Source: Eledone cirrhosa (lineage: Eukaryota). From it: a DNA stretch of 64,000 nt. Numbering within the stretch: position 1 is the stretch's first letter; the number at the start of each line of letters is the position of its first letter. Both the position numbers and the translations under genes were made by a program. The notes below the pieces were generated by a model. The model was not told the DNA's origin. It did not search any database and saw nothing but the letters and a program-made list of their open reading frames with translations. This document shows positions 24,577-37,802 of this stretch, piece by piece. The stretch covers positions 39,370,001 through 39,434,000 of the forward strand of contig OZ024754.1 of assembly GCA_964016885.1 (NCBI GenBank), in the 5' to 3' direction.

Positions 24577-25812
24577 GTGACTATAGCATGCCACATGTGT
24601 GATATCCAACATAGCATGTATAGTGAAGTGACTATAGCATGCCACATGTGTGATATCCAACATAGCATGTATAGTGAAGAGACTATAGCATGCCACATGT
24701 GTGATATCCAACATAGCATGTATAGTGAAGTGACTATAGCATGCCACATGTGTGATATCCAACATAGCTTGTATAGTGAAGTGACTATAGCATGCCACAT
24801 GTGTGATATCCAACATAGCATGTATAGTGAAGAGACTATAGCATGCCACACGTGTGATATCCAACATAGCATGTATAGTGCAGTGACTCTAGCATGCCAC
24901 ATGTGAAGTGACTATAGCATGCCACACGTGTGATACCCAACATAGCATGTATAGTGCAGTGACTCTAGCATGCCACATGTGCAGTGACTATAGCATGCCA
25001 CATGTGTGATATCCAACATAGCTTGTATAGTGAAGTGACTATAGCATGCCACATGTGTGATATCCAACATAGCATGTATAGTGAAGAGACTATAGCATGC
25101 CACACGTGTGATATCCAACATAGCATGTATAGTGCAGTGACTCTAGCATGCCACATGTGCAGTGACTATAGCATGCCACATGTGTGATATCCAACATAGC
25201 ATGTATAGTGAAGAGACTATAGCATGCCACATGTGTGATATCCAACCTAACATGTATAGTGAAGAGACTATAGCATGCCACATGTGTGATATCCGACATA
25301 GCATGTATAGTGAAGAGACTATAGCATGCCACACGTGTGATATCCAACATAACATGTATAGTGAAGAGACTATAGCATGCCACGTGTGTGATATCCAACA
25401 TAACATGTATAGTGAAGAGACTATAGCATGCCACGTGTGTGATATTCAACATAGCATGTATAGTGAAGAGACTATAGCATGCCACGTGTGTGATATCCAA
25501 CATAACATGTATAGTGAAGAGACTATAGCATGCCACGTGTGTGATATCCAACATAGCATGTATAGTGAAGAGACTATAGCATGCCACGTGTGTGATATCC
25601 AACATAACATGTATAGTGAAGAGACTATAGCATGCCATGTGTGTGATATCCAACATAACATGTATAGTGAAGAGACTATAGCATGCCATGTGTGTGATAT
25701 CCAACATAACATGTATAGTGAAGAGACTATAGCATGCCATGTGTGTGATATCCAACATAACATGTATAGTGAAGAGACTATAGCATGCCATGTGTGTGAT
25801 ATCCAACATAAC
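24577..25812. repeat. 51-bp minisatellite, about 23 copies plus truncated units
   Basis: Repeated unit GACTATAGCATGCCACATGTGTGATATCCAACATAGCATGTATAGTGAAGA. Confidence 0.96.
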
Positions 25813-25921
25813 AAACAATATAGTGTGTATGATGATGATAATATTCAATACCGAGTGCCTGACAATTGTTATCTGATGGTCCGCATTGATATATATCGTA
25901 TGTATAGTTGGTCGATATATG

Positions 25922-25953
<32 letters not shown>

Positions 25954-25955
25954 AG

Positions 25956-25991
<36 letters not shown>

Positions 25992-26044
25992 TATATATAT
26001 ATAAGTATATATATATATAAATAAGTATATATATATATATATAA

Positions 26045-26081
<37 letters not shown>

Positions 26082-27184
26082 GATATAATATATATTGTCT
26101 ATAGTGAACAAATATATATAAAATGTTTCAGTATAGTAAGGGACAGTACTGGGAGTAATATGTTCAACATACTACCTCTCATGAACACTATAGAGTTAGT
26201 TTTATTTAAGGGTCTTCCAACATGGTACGTAGAATGAACAGAATGGCATTCACAATAATAAATATGTGTTAATGCATGAGTGCATAAAACAACATGGTGC
26301 ATACATGTGAAACATCATACAGTATGTAGTAATAATGCACGCATATACACATACACAGACACACACACACACATACATTATATACAAAAGCTAAGCACAC
26401 ATGAACATAAACCTATGATATGGTGAACAAAATATTGTGCAACGTAATAACATAATATACACAATTAAAAAGAATGGGTTAATGAATTGGTAAAGCTGAT
26501 ATTAATATCAGTAAAAAGGTCAAAAAAAAAAAAAAAAAGTGACATGAATCTAAATGCTTCTTGATATTTAAAAAAAAGACAAAACAGAAAAAAAAAATTA
26601 TGAACATTTTTTCAATACACAATTTAGTATATGAATTAAATATATAAAAAATGTATTTCTATCCCAATATTGTTTTAAAGCAAGTCTAGAAATACTTAGA
26701 ATAGAATTAACCTTCAGGATGCTGTCGGCGACAAATTGCGACAAGAGAGTAATCTCCCCTCAATACATAATGCAGTGACAAGGGAAGCAACTCATAAAAA
26801 AATTCAGCGTGTTGAAGGTTAATATAATATGCTCTATGATGTGATTTTGATAAAGAGATGATGAAAAATAAATGTAAATTATTCAGTAACTGTACAGTTA
26901 AGTTGTATGTGGTTGTAACTGAAAAAAAAAAAGTTGGTTTCAGTTTCCTGCATATAAACATACAGACACAGTCACGTAGAGACTAAAAGAATATAAATAT
27001 ATATTTATTTAAAGAAAGTTTAAGTGATAATATATTCATGTTCATGTATTTAAACTTAGTGATGTGTGTTTGTATGTTCAGAACTGGATGTAATATGTGT
27101 ATATGGATATCTTTTGATAGGTCTGTACATATACCCCCACATACTTATACTAGTGTCAAAAGGAAAGGAAAGGAAAGGAGCCAA

Positions 27185-27565
27185 TCACCAGATCAGACCA
27201 AGGAAACAGTGTTTCCATTGCTGATACTGTCAGAAGAAAGGAGCTGATCATCAAATCAGACCATGAAAACAATGTTTCCATTGCTGTTACTGTCAGTTAC
27301 AATTCCTGGCAGAAAAAAGGAGCTGATCAACAGATCAGACCAAGGAAACAGTGTTTCCATTGCTGATACTGTCAGTTACAATTCCTGGCAGAAAAAAGGA
27401 GCTGATCAACAGATCAGACCAAGAAACCAATGGATTGCTAATACTATCTGTTTGTTGCAACTCTTTCCAGAATATATACATATGTATATATATATAGGAG
27501 TCAATCATCTGATCAGACCAATGAAACAATGTTTCCACTGATACTATCTGTTGCAACTCTTAGCA
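27185..27565. repeat. Degenerate tandem of a dispersed repeat module of about 70-85 bp
   Basis: GATCAGACCAAGGAAACAGTGTTTCCATTGCTGATACTGTC, 4-5 copies; related sequence at about 1965 and, inverted, at about 59045-59112. Confidence 0.75.
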
Positions 27566-28508
27566 GAAGGAGGTAGCATTAGACACAGCAAAACATCCTG
27601 TTTAACTCTTTAAGAATTCCACCAGTCCTTCACCTCTTATCAGCTACTTTATTAATCATCAACCCTTGAAACTAAGTAATGGCAAAGTTGAGCTCAGAGT
27701 GTTGGTGAGCCAGAACAGATACCGAGATATTTACCCCCCAGTGACCTGACAACTCTACCAATTCGTTGCCAGTGAGTGTGAAAATCAATAACAGTAACAA
27801 AAAAAAAAACTTTGAAAAAGTAAAAACCTAGCCATGAAGATATGAAAATACCTGGACATGTTAGTTATTTCAAAGCAATTTCAGAGATAAAAACAACAAC
27901 AAAGAAGAAAACAAAACAAAATCATTCTCTTTAGCACTACAAATACACCTAGTCTCTTTAGTTTGACAGCATGAGGTGGAGAAAAAAGCCCCCAGGACAG
28001 GAAAGTAGTGAACATTTTCTAGTTCTTAGTATTTATAATAAATACATCTGATCTGTTTATTCTTTTATTGATTTTCAGTTATTAGAGTGTGGCCATGCTG
28101 GGGCAACATCATAAAGGAATTTAGTCAATTATATTGATACCAGTACATCTGGTATTTATTTTATTGATATCTTTTTGTTGAACTGCTAAGTTATGGGACA
28201 TAAACACAGTAAACATAATCACACATATATATATATAGAACGGGCTTCTGTACAGTTTCCATCTAACAAACTTCACTCACGAGGCATTGATCAACCTATA
28301 GTAGAAGGTGCCATACAGTGGGACATGAACCTAAAACCAAATAGTTGTGAAATAACTCCTTAACCACCCAGCCATGCTTGTTTCGGTTTTTCCACAAAAG
28401 ACCCCCTAAACTTGTATTGATATGAAAATAACCACATATAATCTGACAGGAGAAATGCCATTTAATTGTAAGGAAAAAATAATAATACTAATCAACTAAA
28501 ACAGTGTG

Positions 28509-29730
28509 GCTGGATGGAAACACCACAATTTGTGTTGACAGGGGGAGCACTGTGTGTGTTAAACCTGCTAGATGGAAACACCACAATTTGTGTTGACAGG
28601 GGGAGCACTGCGTGTGTTAAGCCTGCTAGATGGAAACACCACAATTTGTGTTGACAGGGGGAGCACTGCGTGTGTTAAACCTGCTAGATGGAAACACCAC
28701 AATTTGTGTTGACAGGGGGAGCACTGCGTGTGTTAAACCTGCTAGATGGAAACACCACAATTTGTGTTGACAGGGGGAGCACTGCGTGTGTTAAACCTGC
28801 TAGATGGAAACACTACAATTTGTGTTGACAGGGGTAGCACTGCGTGTGTTAAACCTGCTAGATGGAAACACCACAATTTGTGTTGACAGGGGGAGCACTG
28901 CGTGTGTTAAGCCTGCTAGATGGAAACACTACAATTTGTGTTGACAGGGGGAGCACTGCGTGTGTTAAACCTGCTAGATGGAAACACCACAATTTGTGTT
29001 GACAGGGGGAGCACTGCGTGTGTTAAACCTGCTAGATGGAAACACCACAATTTGTGTTGACAGGGGGAGCACTGAATGCATTGAGCCTGCTAGATGGAAA
29101 CACCACAATTTGTGTTGACAGGGGGAGCACTGCGTGTGTTAAACCTGCTAGATGGAAACACTACAATTTGTGTTGACAGGGGTAGCACTGCGTGTGTTAA
29201 ACCTGCTAGATGGAAACACCACAATTTGTGTTGACAGGGGGAGCACTGCGTGTGTTAAGCCTGCTAGATGGAAACACCACAATTTGTGTTGACAGGGGGA
29301 GCACTGCGTGTGTTAAACCTGCTAGATGGAAACACCACAATTTGTGTTGACAGGGGGAGCACTGCGTGTGTTAAACCTGCTAGATGGAAACACCACAATT
29401 TGTGTTGACAGGGGGAGCACTGCGTGTGTTAAACCTGCTAGATGGAAACACCACAATTTGTGTTGACAGGGGGAGCACTGAATGCATTGAGCCTGCTGGG
29501 TGGAAACACAATGGGATTTGTTGACAGGAGGAGCACTGCGTGCATTGAATCTGCTGGCTGGAAACACCACAAAATGTGTTGACAGGGGGAGCACTGCATG
29601 CATACAACCAGCTAGATGGAAACACCATGGAATGTGTTGACAGAAATAGCACTGTGTGCATTGAGCCTGCTGGATGAAAAAAAACATGAAATGTATCGAC
29701 AGGGAGAGCATAGTGTGCTCAGCCTGCTAT
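28509..29730. repeat. 58-bp minisatellite, about 21 copies, decaying at the right end
   Basis: Repeated unit GCTAGATGGAAACACCACAATTTGTGTTGACAGGGGGAGCACTGCGTGTGTTAAACCT. Confidence 0.96.
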
Positions 29731-30195
29731 GCTTGGTGTTTGTTTGAAGTGGATGAGAAAAAGGATATCTATGATGCAAACCTGTTAAAAATAATATATG
29801 AAAGCAATAATGACTGACAATGAATCATGGAAGGACTTCTAAGTAACAAATTATACAATAAGGTAACGAATTTCATACATAAGTTATTTATTTTAAGGTT
29901 CTTTACTCCCCACTCCTTCAAACAAAAATTGACAATAATTTGATGTATATATATATATAGAGAGATACATACATATATATCATCATCATCACCGTTTTAT
30001 GTCGATTCTTCTACGTTAGCATGGGTTAGACTAGGTCAGGTGACCATGTCTTGCTCATACAGAACAGATTTGGGCTTATTTTCCACAAGTGGATGCCCTT
30101 CCTAAAGTTAACCCCACTCTTTCATGTATATACATTCTTTCATATATAGATACTAGCTTTGCTGCTGTAGAAAGTATTGTTACATGTCACAACCC

Positions 30196-30234
<39 letters not shown>

Positions 30235-30318
30235 GGAGGTGAGTTTTATTGTAGTACATATGTTGATTTAAAACTGCACTATTCACAAGTGTATTTTAAC
30301 CTTCATATCATGTCTCCC

Positions 30319-30389
30319 TATTTTATCTGACGAAAACGCAAATGTTATTGCATGATGATATTTGTTTTTGAAATGCGCATAATAAAATA
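30319..30389 (+). ncRNA. Type I hammerhead ribozyme (Penelope/retrozyme type, AUA site)
   Basis: TATTTTAT-CTGACGA-[stem II 30334-30369, 16 positions with 1 mismatch and G-U pairs]-GAAA-TGCGCATA-ATAAAATA; perfect 8-bp stem I, intact core, palindromic ATGCGCAT stem III. Confidence 0.75.
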
Positions 30390-30691
30390 CATGGAACTCT
30401 TTTAACCATCTTTTGATCTTATATATTATATATATATACACTCTTTCATATATAGACACTAGGTCTGACCAAAGCTATATTCCTAGTCTATATATACATG
30501 TTAAAAGTTTATAGCTTATAATTTGTCTCAAGAGGTTTAGAGCTTGTCTTTGCTTCATTGGTGCTGAATGAAAAGACATGAATCTTCCCTGGATAAGACA
30601 CCAGTCCATCACAAGTTTAACCCCCAGATACTACAGGTACTAATGTTAAGCTGAGTGTACAGGAACAATGTGGAAGTATTTTGATCAACAA

Positions 30692-31072
30692 CACAAAAGC
30701 GCCCATCCCACACTGTAAAGTGGTCGTGTAGGTGTCACGACAAAAAGCGCCCATCCCACACTGTAAAGTGGTCGTGTAGGTGTCACGACAAAAAGCGCCC
30801 ATCCCACACTGTAAAGTGGTCGTGTAGGTGTCACGACAAAAAGCACCCAGGTCACACTGTAAAGTGGTCGTGTAGGTGTCATGACAAAAAGCACCCAGTA
30901 TTCACTGTAAATGAGGTTGGTGTTAGGAACGGCATCCAGCTATAGAAACCAACCCCAAATCAGTTCTGTATGTGCAAGACATAGTCACTTGATCTAGCAT
31001 TACCCACAACAGGACAGCCCGTCTAACCCATGCTAGCATGGAAAAATTGACGTAAAACGGTGATGATGATGA
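30692..31072 (+). mobile_element. SINE family A 3' part with about 4.5 tandem 48-bp modules
   Basis: AAAAAGCGCCCATCCCACACTGTAAAGTGGTCGTGTAGGTGTCACGAC repeated, then the normal SINE A 3' end. Confidence 0.88.
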
Positions 31073-31402
31073 ATACAACACACTACCCCAGTAATCAAAC
31101 CTATGACATTATGATCTAAATCCCAGCACCCTAACCACTAAGCCATGTACATGTATGTATAGGTCTCTGAGTTTATGTATTTTAGTATCAACAACTGTAA
31201 TAAGATTGTGTGCCGCTGCTGTTAACTATTTTAGATAAATTATTGTAAAAATAAGATTGAAATGAGGTCCAGGCCATGATTAGAACTAGTCAATGTAGAG
31301 TGGCCCAGAACCTCATAAATAACAGAGTCAATAAAAACAGTTTTTTTTCAGTGGTAACAGAGAAATGTATCTATAAATGCAAACATAACTTTAGTATATC
31401 AA

Positions 31403-31541
<139 letters not shown>

Positions 31542-31671
31542 TAAAGCAAAAGATATCAAAATTAAATTTGTTAGTTTTACTTTTTATTTTTTTTTCAAAT
31601 TTACAAACAACAACAAAAACTAGAGAGAATTGTGTGTGGAAGATTTGGAGGAAATAATTTAAAAAGATTAA

Positions 31672-31857
31672 CCCTTTAGCATTTAAACCGGCTGTGACTG
31701 GTTGCTCATACCGATGTGAAGGTATTGTTCTCAAAATAAATATCAAAATCTCATAGATTCGATATTATGTGAGATAATTATGTAAGGTAAAGCCTTTACC
31801 ACAAAGATACAAAGATACAATAGTATATATATATAGAGTAATATATATGCTAAAGGG
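31672..31857. mobile_element. piggyBac-type MITE
   Basis: TTAA|CCCTTTAGCAT...ATGCTAAAGGG|TTAA. Confidence 0.9.
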
Positions 31858-32564
31858 TTAATATTCTGTTAATAGAAAACTACCCGACGCCATCCATACT
31901 ACAGCTTGGCATGGAATATTTTATTTGCTGTAATTCTAAACTGGGTTGAAACAACCCTTCTTCGTCAGCATGGTTGTAGTGACTTGCCTCACCAGAATTA
32001 TAGTGATGCCGAGCTTAGCATGGACACCTGATCACCATAGAAGACCAACAACTAGGACATCCCACTCTCAAACTGGCCAACCAGACAACCAACCAAGCAA
32101 CTGACCAACCAACCAACGAACCAACCAACCGACCAGCGCAACTGACCAAGCAAGCAAGCAACCAACCAAGCACGGCAACAGGAGTACACCACAACTCCCA
32201 GTATATTATGCTTATAACAAAGTAGTGGAAATTTTGAAATTAGCTCACAGATACCGCCCCACCCCACCCTCCCGATAGTATCTTTGAAGAGCCCCCAGCT
32301 TTGGAACTCTCATACTAAGGGTCCAATTAAAGCTACACACTACAACAGGAACCCATAATTAAATTAACATTACACCATCCACACCCAGATAGTTTGTTTC
32401 TCTTATTGTTGGTTAAGTAAATATATCTTATACTGCCACTATTCGTTGTGTGCTAATAGAGATTTAGAAAAATATACATCATATCATACATCTATATATT
32501 GAAAAACCTTTCAAGTCAAGAGCAGCAAGTACAACTTAGAATGTCTGTTTAATACAACTGTTAA

Positions 32565-32784
32565 CCCTTTAGCATTAAAACCGGCCGTATCCACCAGAAA
32601 TGTCTCACCTCTTTCTGTTCAAACCAGTTGAAATTGGCCGCTTATACTGATGTTAAGGTATTGTTCTCAAAATAATTAACATCAAAATCTCATAGATTTA
32701 ATATTATGTGAAATAATTATGCGAGGTAAAGCCTTTACCGTGAAAATACAATAGTATATATAGAGTAATGTGAATGCTAAAGGG
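32565..32784. mobile_element. piggyBac-type MITE
   Basis: TTAA|CCCTTTAGCATT...AATGCTAAAGGG|TTAA. Confidence 0.9.
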
Positions 32785-32828
32785 TTAAAACTGTGTTGAA
32801 TTTAGTTGTTAAAGAATATACATGAAAT

Positions 32829-32862
<34 letters not shown>

Positions 32863-34189
32863 ACTATCTATCTATATATATATATATAATATAATATAAA
32901 ATGACAGGAGGCTGGACTGGTGAAATTCCTACTATTACATCATGGTTATCTATACAGAATGACCAGTTCTATCCAAACTTCAATGAATATATATATATAT
33001 ACATATATATATATATGTGTGTGTGTATAATATAAATAATTCTGCTTTGTATAGTGATTCATACTAATGCTTACCGAAACTTTCTGGACACCTTGAATGA
33101 AATATACAGACACATAGACACAAACACACACACATATATATATATATATATACACAAACACACAGAACAATGGATATTTGTGGTTAGTTATTTTCTTTAA
33201 AAATCTGCCAGAAACAAAATTATAGATACTACTTGCTACTCTGGACATGAAATGGTTAGGCAAGAACTTTTTGTAATAGATTTTTGTATACATACATACA
33301 TATATATATAATATATATACACACACACACATTCACTGCATTACACTACACACCTTTCAACAGTATAATAATACACACACACTACATTTCTGTTAAACTC
33401 TACATGGCGAAGGCTTTAAACTATGAACTGAAACTATTCTTATATGATTCTATTTTTAGTGTTTATTGGTTTCACTCAATAGACTGCAGCCATTGTTGGG
33501 ACACTGCCTTGATATTATTTAACTGATATCAACCCATCATGTTTGGTACTTATTCTATCAATCTCTTTTTGTTGAACAGCTAAGTTACAAGATAATTTAA
33601 TATATATGTATATATACAATATATCAACTAATTTAATAAATATCTATGTATATATACAATATATCATCAACTAGTTTAATATATATCTGTGTATACATAC
33701 AATATATCAACTGTTGGTGTAGATTTTACAATTAGTTTTTTGAAAAAATTATACAGTACATTATATACATAGCACTACCCACAACAGGACAACCCGTATA
33801 ACCCATGCCAGCGTGGAAGAACGGACGTAAAATGGTGATGATGATATATATATAACCTTGCTTCAAAAAGGACCTTTATTATGACAGTGAGTACAAGGCT
33901 AACCCCTACTTTAATGAGGAAAAACGAACTTAACCCTTTTGATAGCAATGTGGCCAAAACCAGCTCTGGTTCTATGAAATAAACTCACCCCTTTTAAAGG
34001 GTTCCTATTTCAAATAACTTAGGTACAACTCCCAAATTTGTGTGTATATATATATTTGTCTTCATGTTCTTCAAGCCCAACACATTGGCATTCTTCAGAT
34101 TTGTCAGAACTCCCTGTATTTCTCTATCACTCAATATATACTATATTTAACAATCTGTATACAGCTGTGTGTGTATGTGTGTGTGTGTG

Positions 34190-34860
34190 TGTGGGGGGGG
34201 TGTTAGATGTGGTTGTATATAGATCTGTGTGTGTGGTTGTATATAATTGTGTGTGTGTGTGTGTATCATCATCATCATCATCATCGTTGTTTAACGTCCA
34301 TCTTCCATGCTTGCATGGGTTTGGACGGGAGTTTTCCCACCTGAGGCAAGATTGGTTGTCCTGCTCTTATAGGACTGTCTGTCTGTGTATGTGGTTGTAT
34401 ATATAGATGTGTATGTGTGTGTGTGGTTGTATATATAGATGTGTATGTATGTGTGTGTGGGGGGGGGGGGTTAGATGTGGTTGTATATAGATCTGTGTGT
34501 GTGTGTGTATCATCATCATCATCATCATCGTCGTTTAACGTCCATCTTCCATGCTTGCATGGGTTTGGACGGGAGTTTTCCCACCTGAGGCAAGATTGGT
34601 TGTCCTGCTCGTATAGGACTGTCTGTCTGTGTATGTGGTTGTATATATAGATGTGTGTGTATGTGGTTGTGTATGTGTGTGTGTGGTTGTATATATAGAT
34701 GTGTATGTATGTGTGTGTGGCTGTATATATAGATGTGTATGTATGTGTGTGTGTGTGTGTGTGGTTGTATATATAGATGTGTATGTATGTATGTGTGTGT
34801 GTGTGTGTGGTTTTATATATATAGATGTGTATGTATGTGTGTGGTTGTATATATAAATGT
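34190..34860. repeat. Direct duplication of a SINE-A fragment unit followed by a GTGGTTGTATATATAGAT(GT)n compound repeat
   Basis: About 34265-34420 is nearly identical to about 34510-34665. Confidence 0.85.
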
Positions 34861-35346
34861 GTATGTATGTATGTATGTATGTATGTATGTATGTATGTGT
34901 GTGTGTGTGTGTATGTATATGTAGATGCGTGTGTTTGAGAAGTGAAAGCAACATGTAAAAATCTAACACAATATTAACAAAAATATGTTTTGTCATTATA
35001 TTCTTTAAAAAAACCCTACTTTTACAGGCTGAGTTGATTGGACGCCTGACTTATAGGTTGGGTCTTTAATTGTTCAGACATGTCAGCTATATTAGAAAAG
35101 GAAGTTAACAGGAGGAGGTGGTGGAGGGGAGGGTGGGAGATGAGGGTGGAGGAGGAAGAGGAAGGGGGAGCTGCAAAGCTCGTTTAATTATAGAAAAATT
35201 TGGCTAATACTGCCAAAAAAATGACGACTTGACTACTTTTAAGCATCACTCAGAAGCTGGTGGTACCTCTTCCCTCTAAAGATAAACAAACACTTCACTG
35301 CAATTACATTAAGTTAGGTCTTATCTATAACTTTGTTGAAGTAGAT

Positions 35347-35850
35347 GATGTAACAGGCCCCTAAAAGTTGGTGTTATTTGTAACTCTGTTGAAACAGATG
35401 TAACAGGCCCCTAAAAGTTGGTCTTATTTGTAACTCTGTTGAAACAGATGTAACAGGCCCCTAAAAGTTGGTGTTATTTGTAACTCTGTTGAAACAGATG
35501 TAACAGGCCCCTAAAAGTTGGTGTTATTTGTAACTCTGTTGAAACAGATGTAACAGGCCCCTAAAAGTTGGTCTTATTTGTAACTCTGTTGAAACAGATG
35601 TAACAGGCCCCTAAAAGTTGGTCTTATTTGTAACTCTGTTGAAACAGATGTAACAGGCCCCTAAAAGTTGGTGTTATTTGTAACTCTGTTGAAACAGATG
35701 TAACAGGCCCCTAAAAGTTGGTGTTATTTGTAACTCTGTTGAAACAGATGTAACAGGCCCCTAAAAGTTGGTCTTATTTGTAACTCTGTTGAAACAGATG
35801 TAACAGGCACCCTAAAACTTTGAAGATGTCATCTGTTGAAACAGATGTAA
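35347..35850. repeat. 50-bp minisatellite, about 10 copies
   Basis: Repeated unit GATGTAACAGGCCCCTAAAAGTTGGTSTTATTTGTAACTCTGTTGAAACA. Confidence 0.95.
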
Positions 35851-36209
35851 TAGGTCCCTAAAAATTGGTAGGTGTTATCAGTTGAAACAGATGATGTAAT
35901 AACCCCTAAAATAAGCCCTTATCTATGTGTGTATATAAATATATACAGGGGATCCCCAAAAATGTAAACTTACTTTAACAGCATTCTAATCAAAGTGTGC
36001 ATACATTTTTGGGGGACACCCTGTGTATATAAATATATATATAGACACACACACACATATATATAGGTTTATCCTGGGTTCAATTGGGGTTAACCACAGT
36101 AACTAAGGTACTCAATACATAGCAGAGTATAAATATTTTATATATATATATCCGTATGTGGTTAACGATTGAGAGAAAAGAGTACTTGATATCGAAGTAG
36201 AGTTCTAAT

Positions 36210-36348
36210 ATTCATTTTATTATGGTCAAATAATGAATCTTGTTACTCTGGGCTTTCATGTTTATCACAGGGTCATCAGATGACCCTGTGATAAACAGGT
36301 GAAACCCCAGAGTAACAAGACTCACTATTTAGCCTTAATAAAATGAAT
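36210..36348. repeat. Fold-back hairpin centred on a hammerhead-like core
   Basis: Arms CATTTTATTA..CTTGTTACTCTGGG..TTTATCACAGGGTCATC and GATGACCCTGTGATAAA..CCCAGAGTAACAAG..TAATAAAATG. Confidence 0.85.
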
Positions 36349-36471
36349 GTCTGAATACACACACACACACAGACATATATATATATATAAACAAAGAGGG
36401 TGTGGTAAGATACCAGGTGGACCACAACACACCAGAGTACTCAATACTTAGGGTAGTAGTAGAGTGGGTAA

Positions 36472-36598
36472 TAGGAAAAGAGTCAAGACCCCGACAGCTG
36501 AGCTCCGGCTGTTCCGACAGCTAGATCTGAACAGATCTACTTCGGATCTAGCTTTCGAAACGGCCAGAGCTCAGCCGTCGGGGTCTTGACTCTTTTCC

Positions 36599-36600
<2 letters not shown>
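36472..36600. repeat. GC-rich fold-back hairpin (arms about 60 bp)
   Basis: TAGGAAAAGAGTCAAGACCCCGAC..GCTAGATC and GATCTAGC..GTCGGGGTCTTGACTCTTTTCCTA. Confidence 0.88.
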
Positions 36601-36638
<38 letters not shown>

Positions 36639-36864
36639 CATACATTTCCGAATAACAAGTCTGGTAACAATTAAATTAAATAAGATAGAAAAAGATGTTA
36701 TTTAAAATAATAAAACAGAAACAAGAAAAAAAAAGAGAAACAATTGTACAACTCATTAAAGAGAAAAGTTAATTACTTAAACATGCTAACAACATTATCA
36801 TTATTATTATATTTTAATTTGTTTATTACTATTCTGGAGAATAGGTAAGGTTATGAAGTGTGGA

Positions 36865-37150
36865 AGGGGTGGGGATGATGTAGCCCCAGGGCAACTCCCT
36901 AATTGTGGGGATGGTGTAGCCTCTGACATAAACAACAGGGCAACTCCTTAATTGTGGGAATTGTGGGGATGATGTAACTCCTGACAACAGTGCAACTCCC
37001 TAGTTGTGGGGATGGTGTAGCTCTTGACATAAACAGTGCCACTCCCTAATTGTGGAGATGGTGTAGCCCTCGACATAAACAACAGGGCAACTCCCTAATT
37101 GTGGCGATGTTGTATAGCCCCTGACAACAGGGAAACTTCCTAATTGTGTC
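36865..37150. repeat. Degenerate tandem repeat of about 45-55 bp, 5-6 copies
   Basis: Units like GTGGGGATGGTGTAGC..TGACA..GCAACTCCCTAATT. Confidence 0.8.
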
Positions 37151-37429
37151 AACTACAAACCTTTCTGGGTATTAAAGAAGGAAAACTTGATTGAAATAGG
37201 GAATTATTCAATAGTATTTACTGGGGTTTTGTTTAGAAATCTTACTTCAAATAAGGTTTCACACAATTGTAAAAGCAAACCTTTCATTTTTTTGGCAGTG
37301 TCTTTAACAAGCACCAATAATGTGGTATATGTGTGTGTATGTGTGTGTGAGAGTGTGTGTGTGTGTCTGAGAGTTATAGGGAGATAGAGAAGGAGCGATA
37401 GAGAGAGAGAGAGAGATAGAAGAAGGAAG

Positions 37430-37476
<47 letters not shown>

Positions 37477-37531
37477 GTGAGGTTTTTTTTACAAAATGAA
37501 AAAAAAACGGGGTGTCCTACACGAGTGAAAG

Positions 37532-37802
37532 TATAAGGAAAAAAAGATGAAATCGAAAATGCAACTGGAGTCTTTTTTTTATAAAAAAATATATTTATTT
37601 GGTTTCTTTACCGGTTTCGCAGTTCTTGTGCTTTTCAAAAGTAGAATTGAGATGGAGGGTTTGTGGATTTTGAAAAACCACAAACCCTCCATCTCAATTC
37701 TACTTTTGAAAAACATAAGAACTGTGAACCCGGTAAAGGAAACAAATAAATATTATTAAAAAGACTCCAGTTGCATTTTCGATTTCATCTTTTTTCCTTA
37801 TA
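37532..37802. repeat. Fold-back palindrome of about 270 bp
   Basis: TATAAGGAAAAAAAGATGAAATCGAAAATGCAACTGGAGTC...GAGGGTTTGTGG and CCACAAACCCTC...GACTCCAGTTGCATTTTCGATTTCATCTTTTTTCCTTATA. Confidence 0.9.

Noticed and set aside
25162-26004. 280-aa Cys/His-rich ORF (ACHVCDIQH repeats) resembling a zinc finger
   Set aside because: It is the 17-aa periodic translation of a 51-bp minisatellite, spacing is not C2H2-like, it runs into (TA)n, and the opposite strand is equally open.
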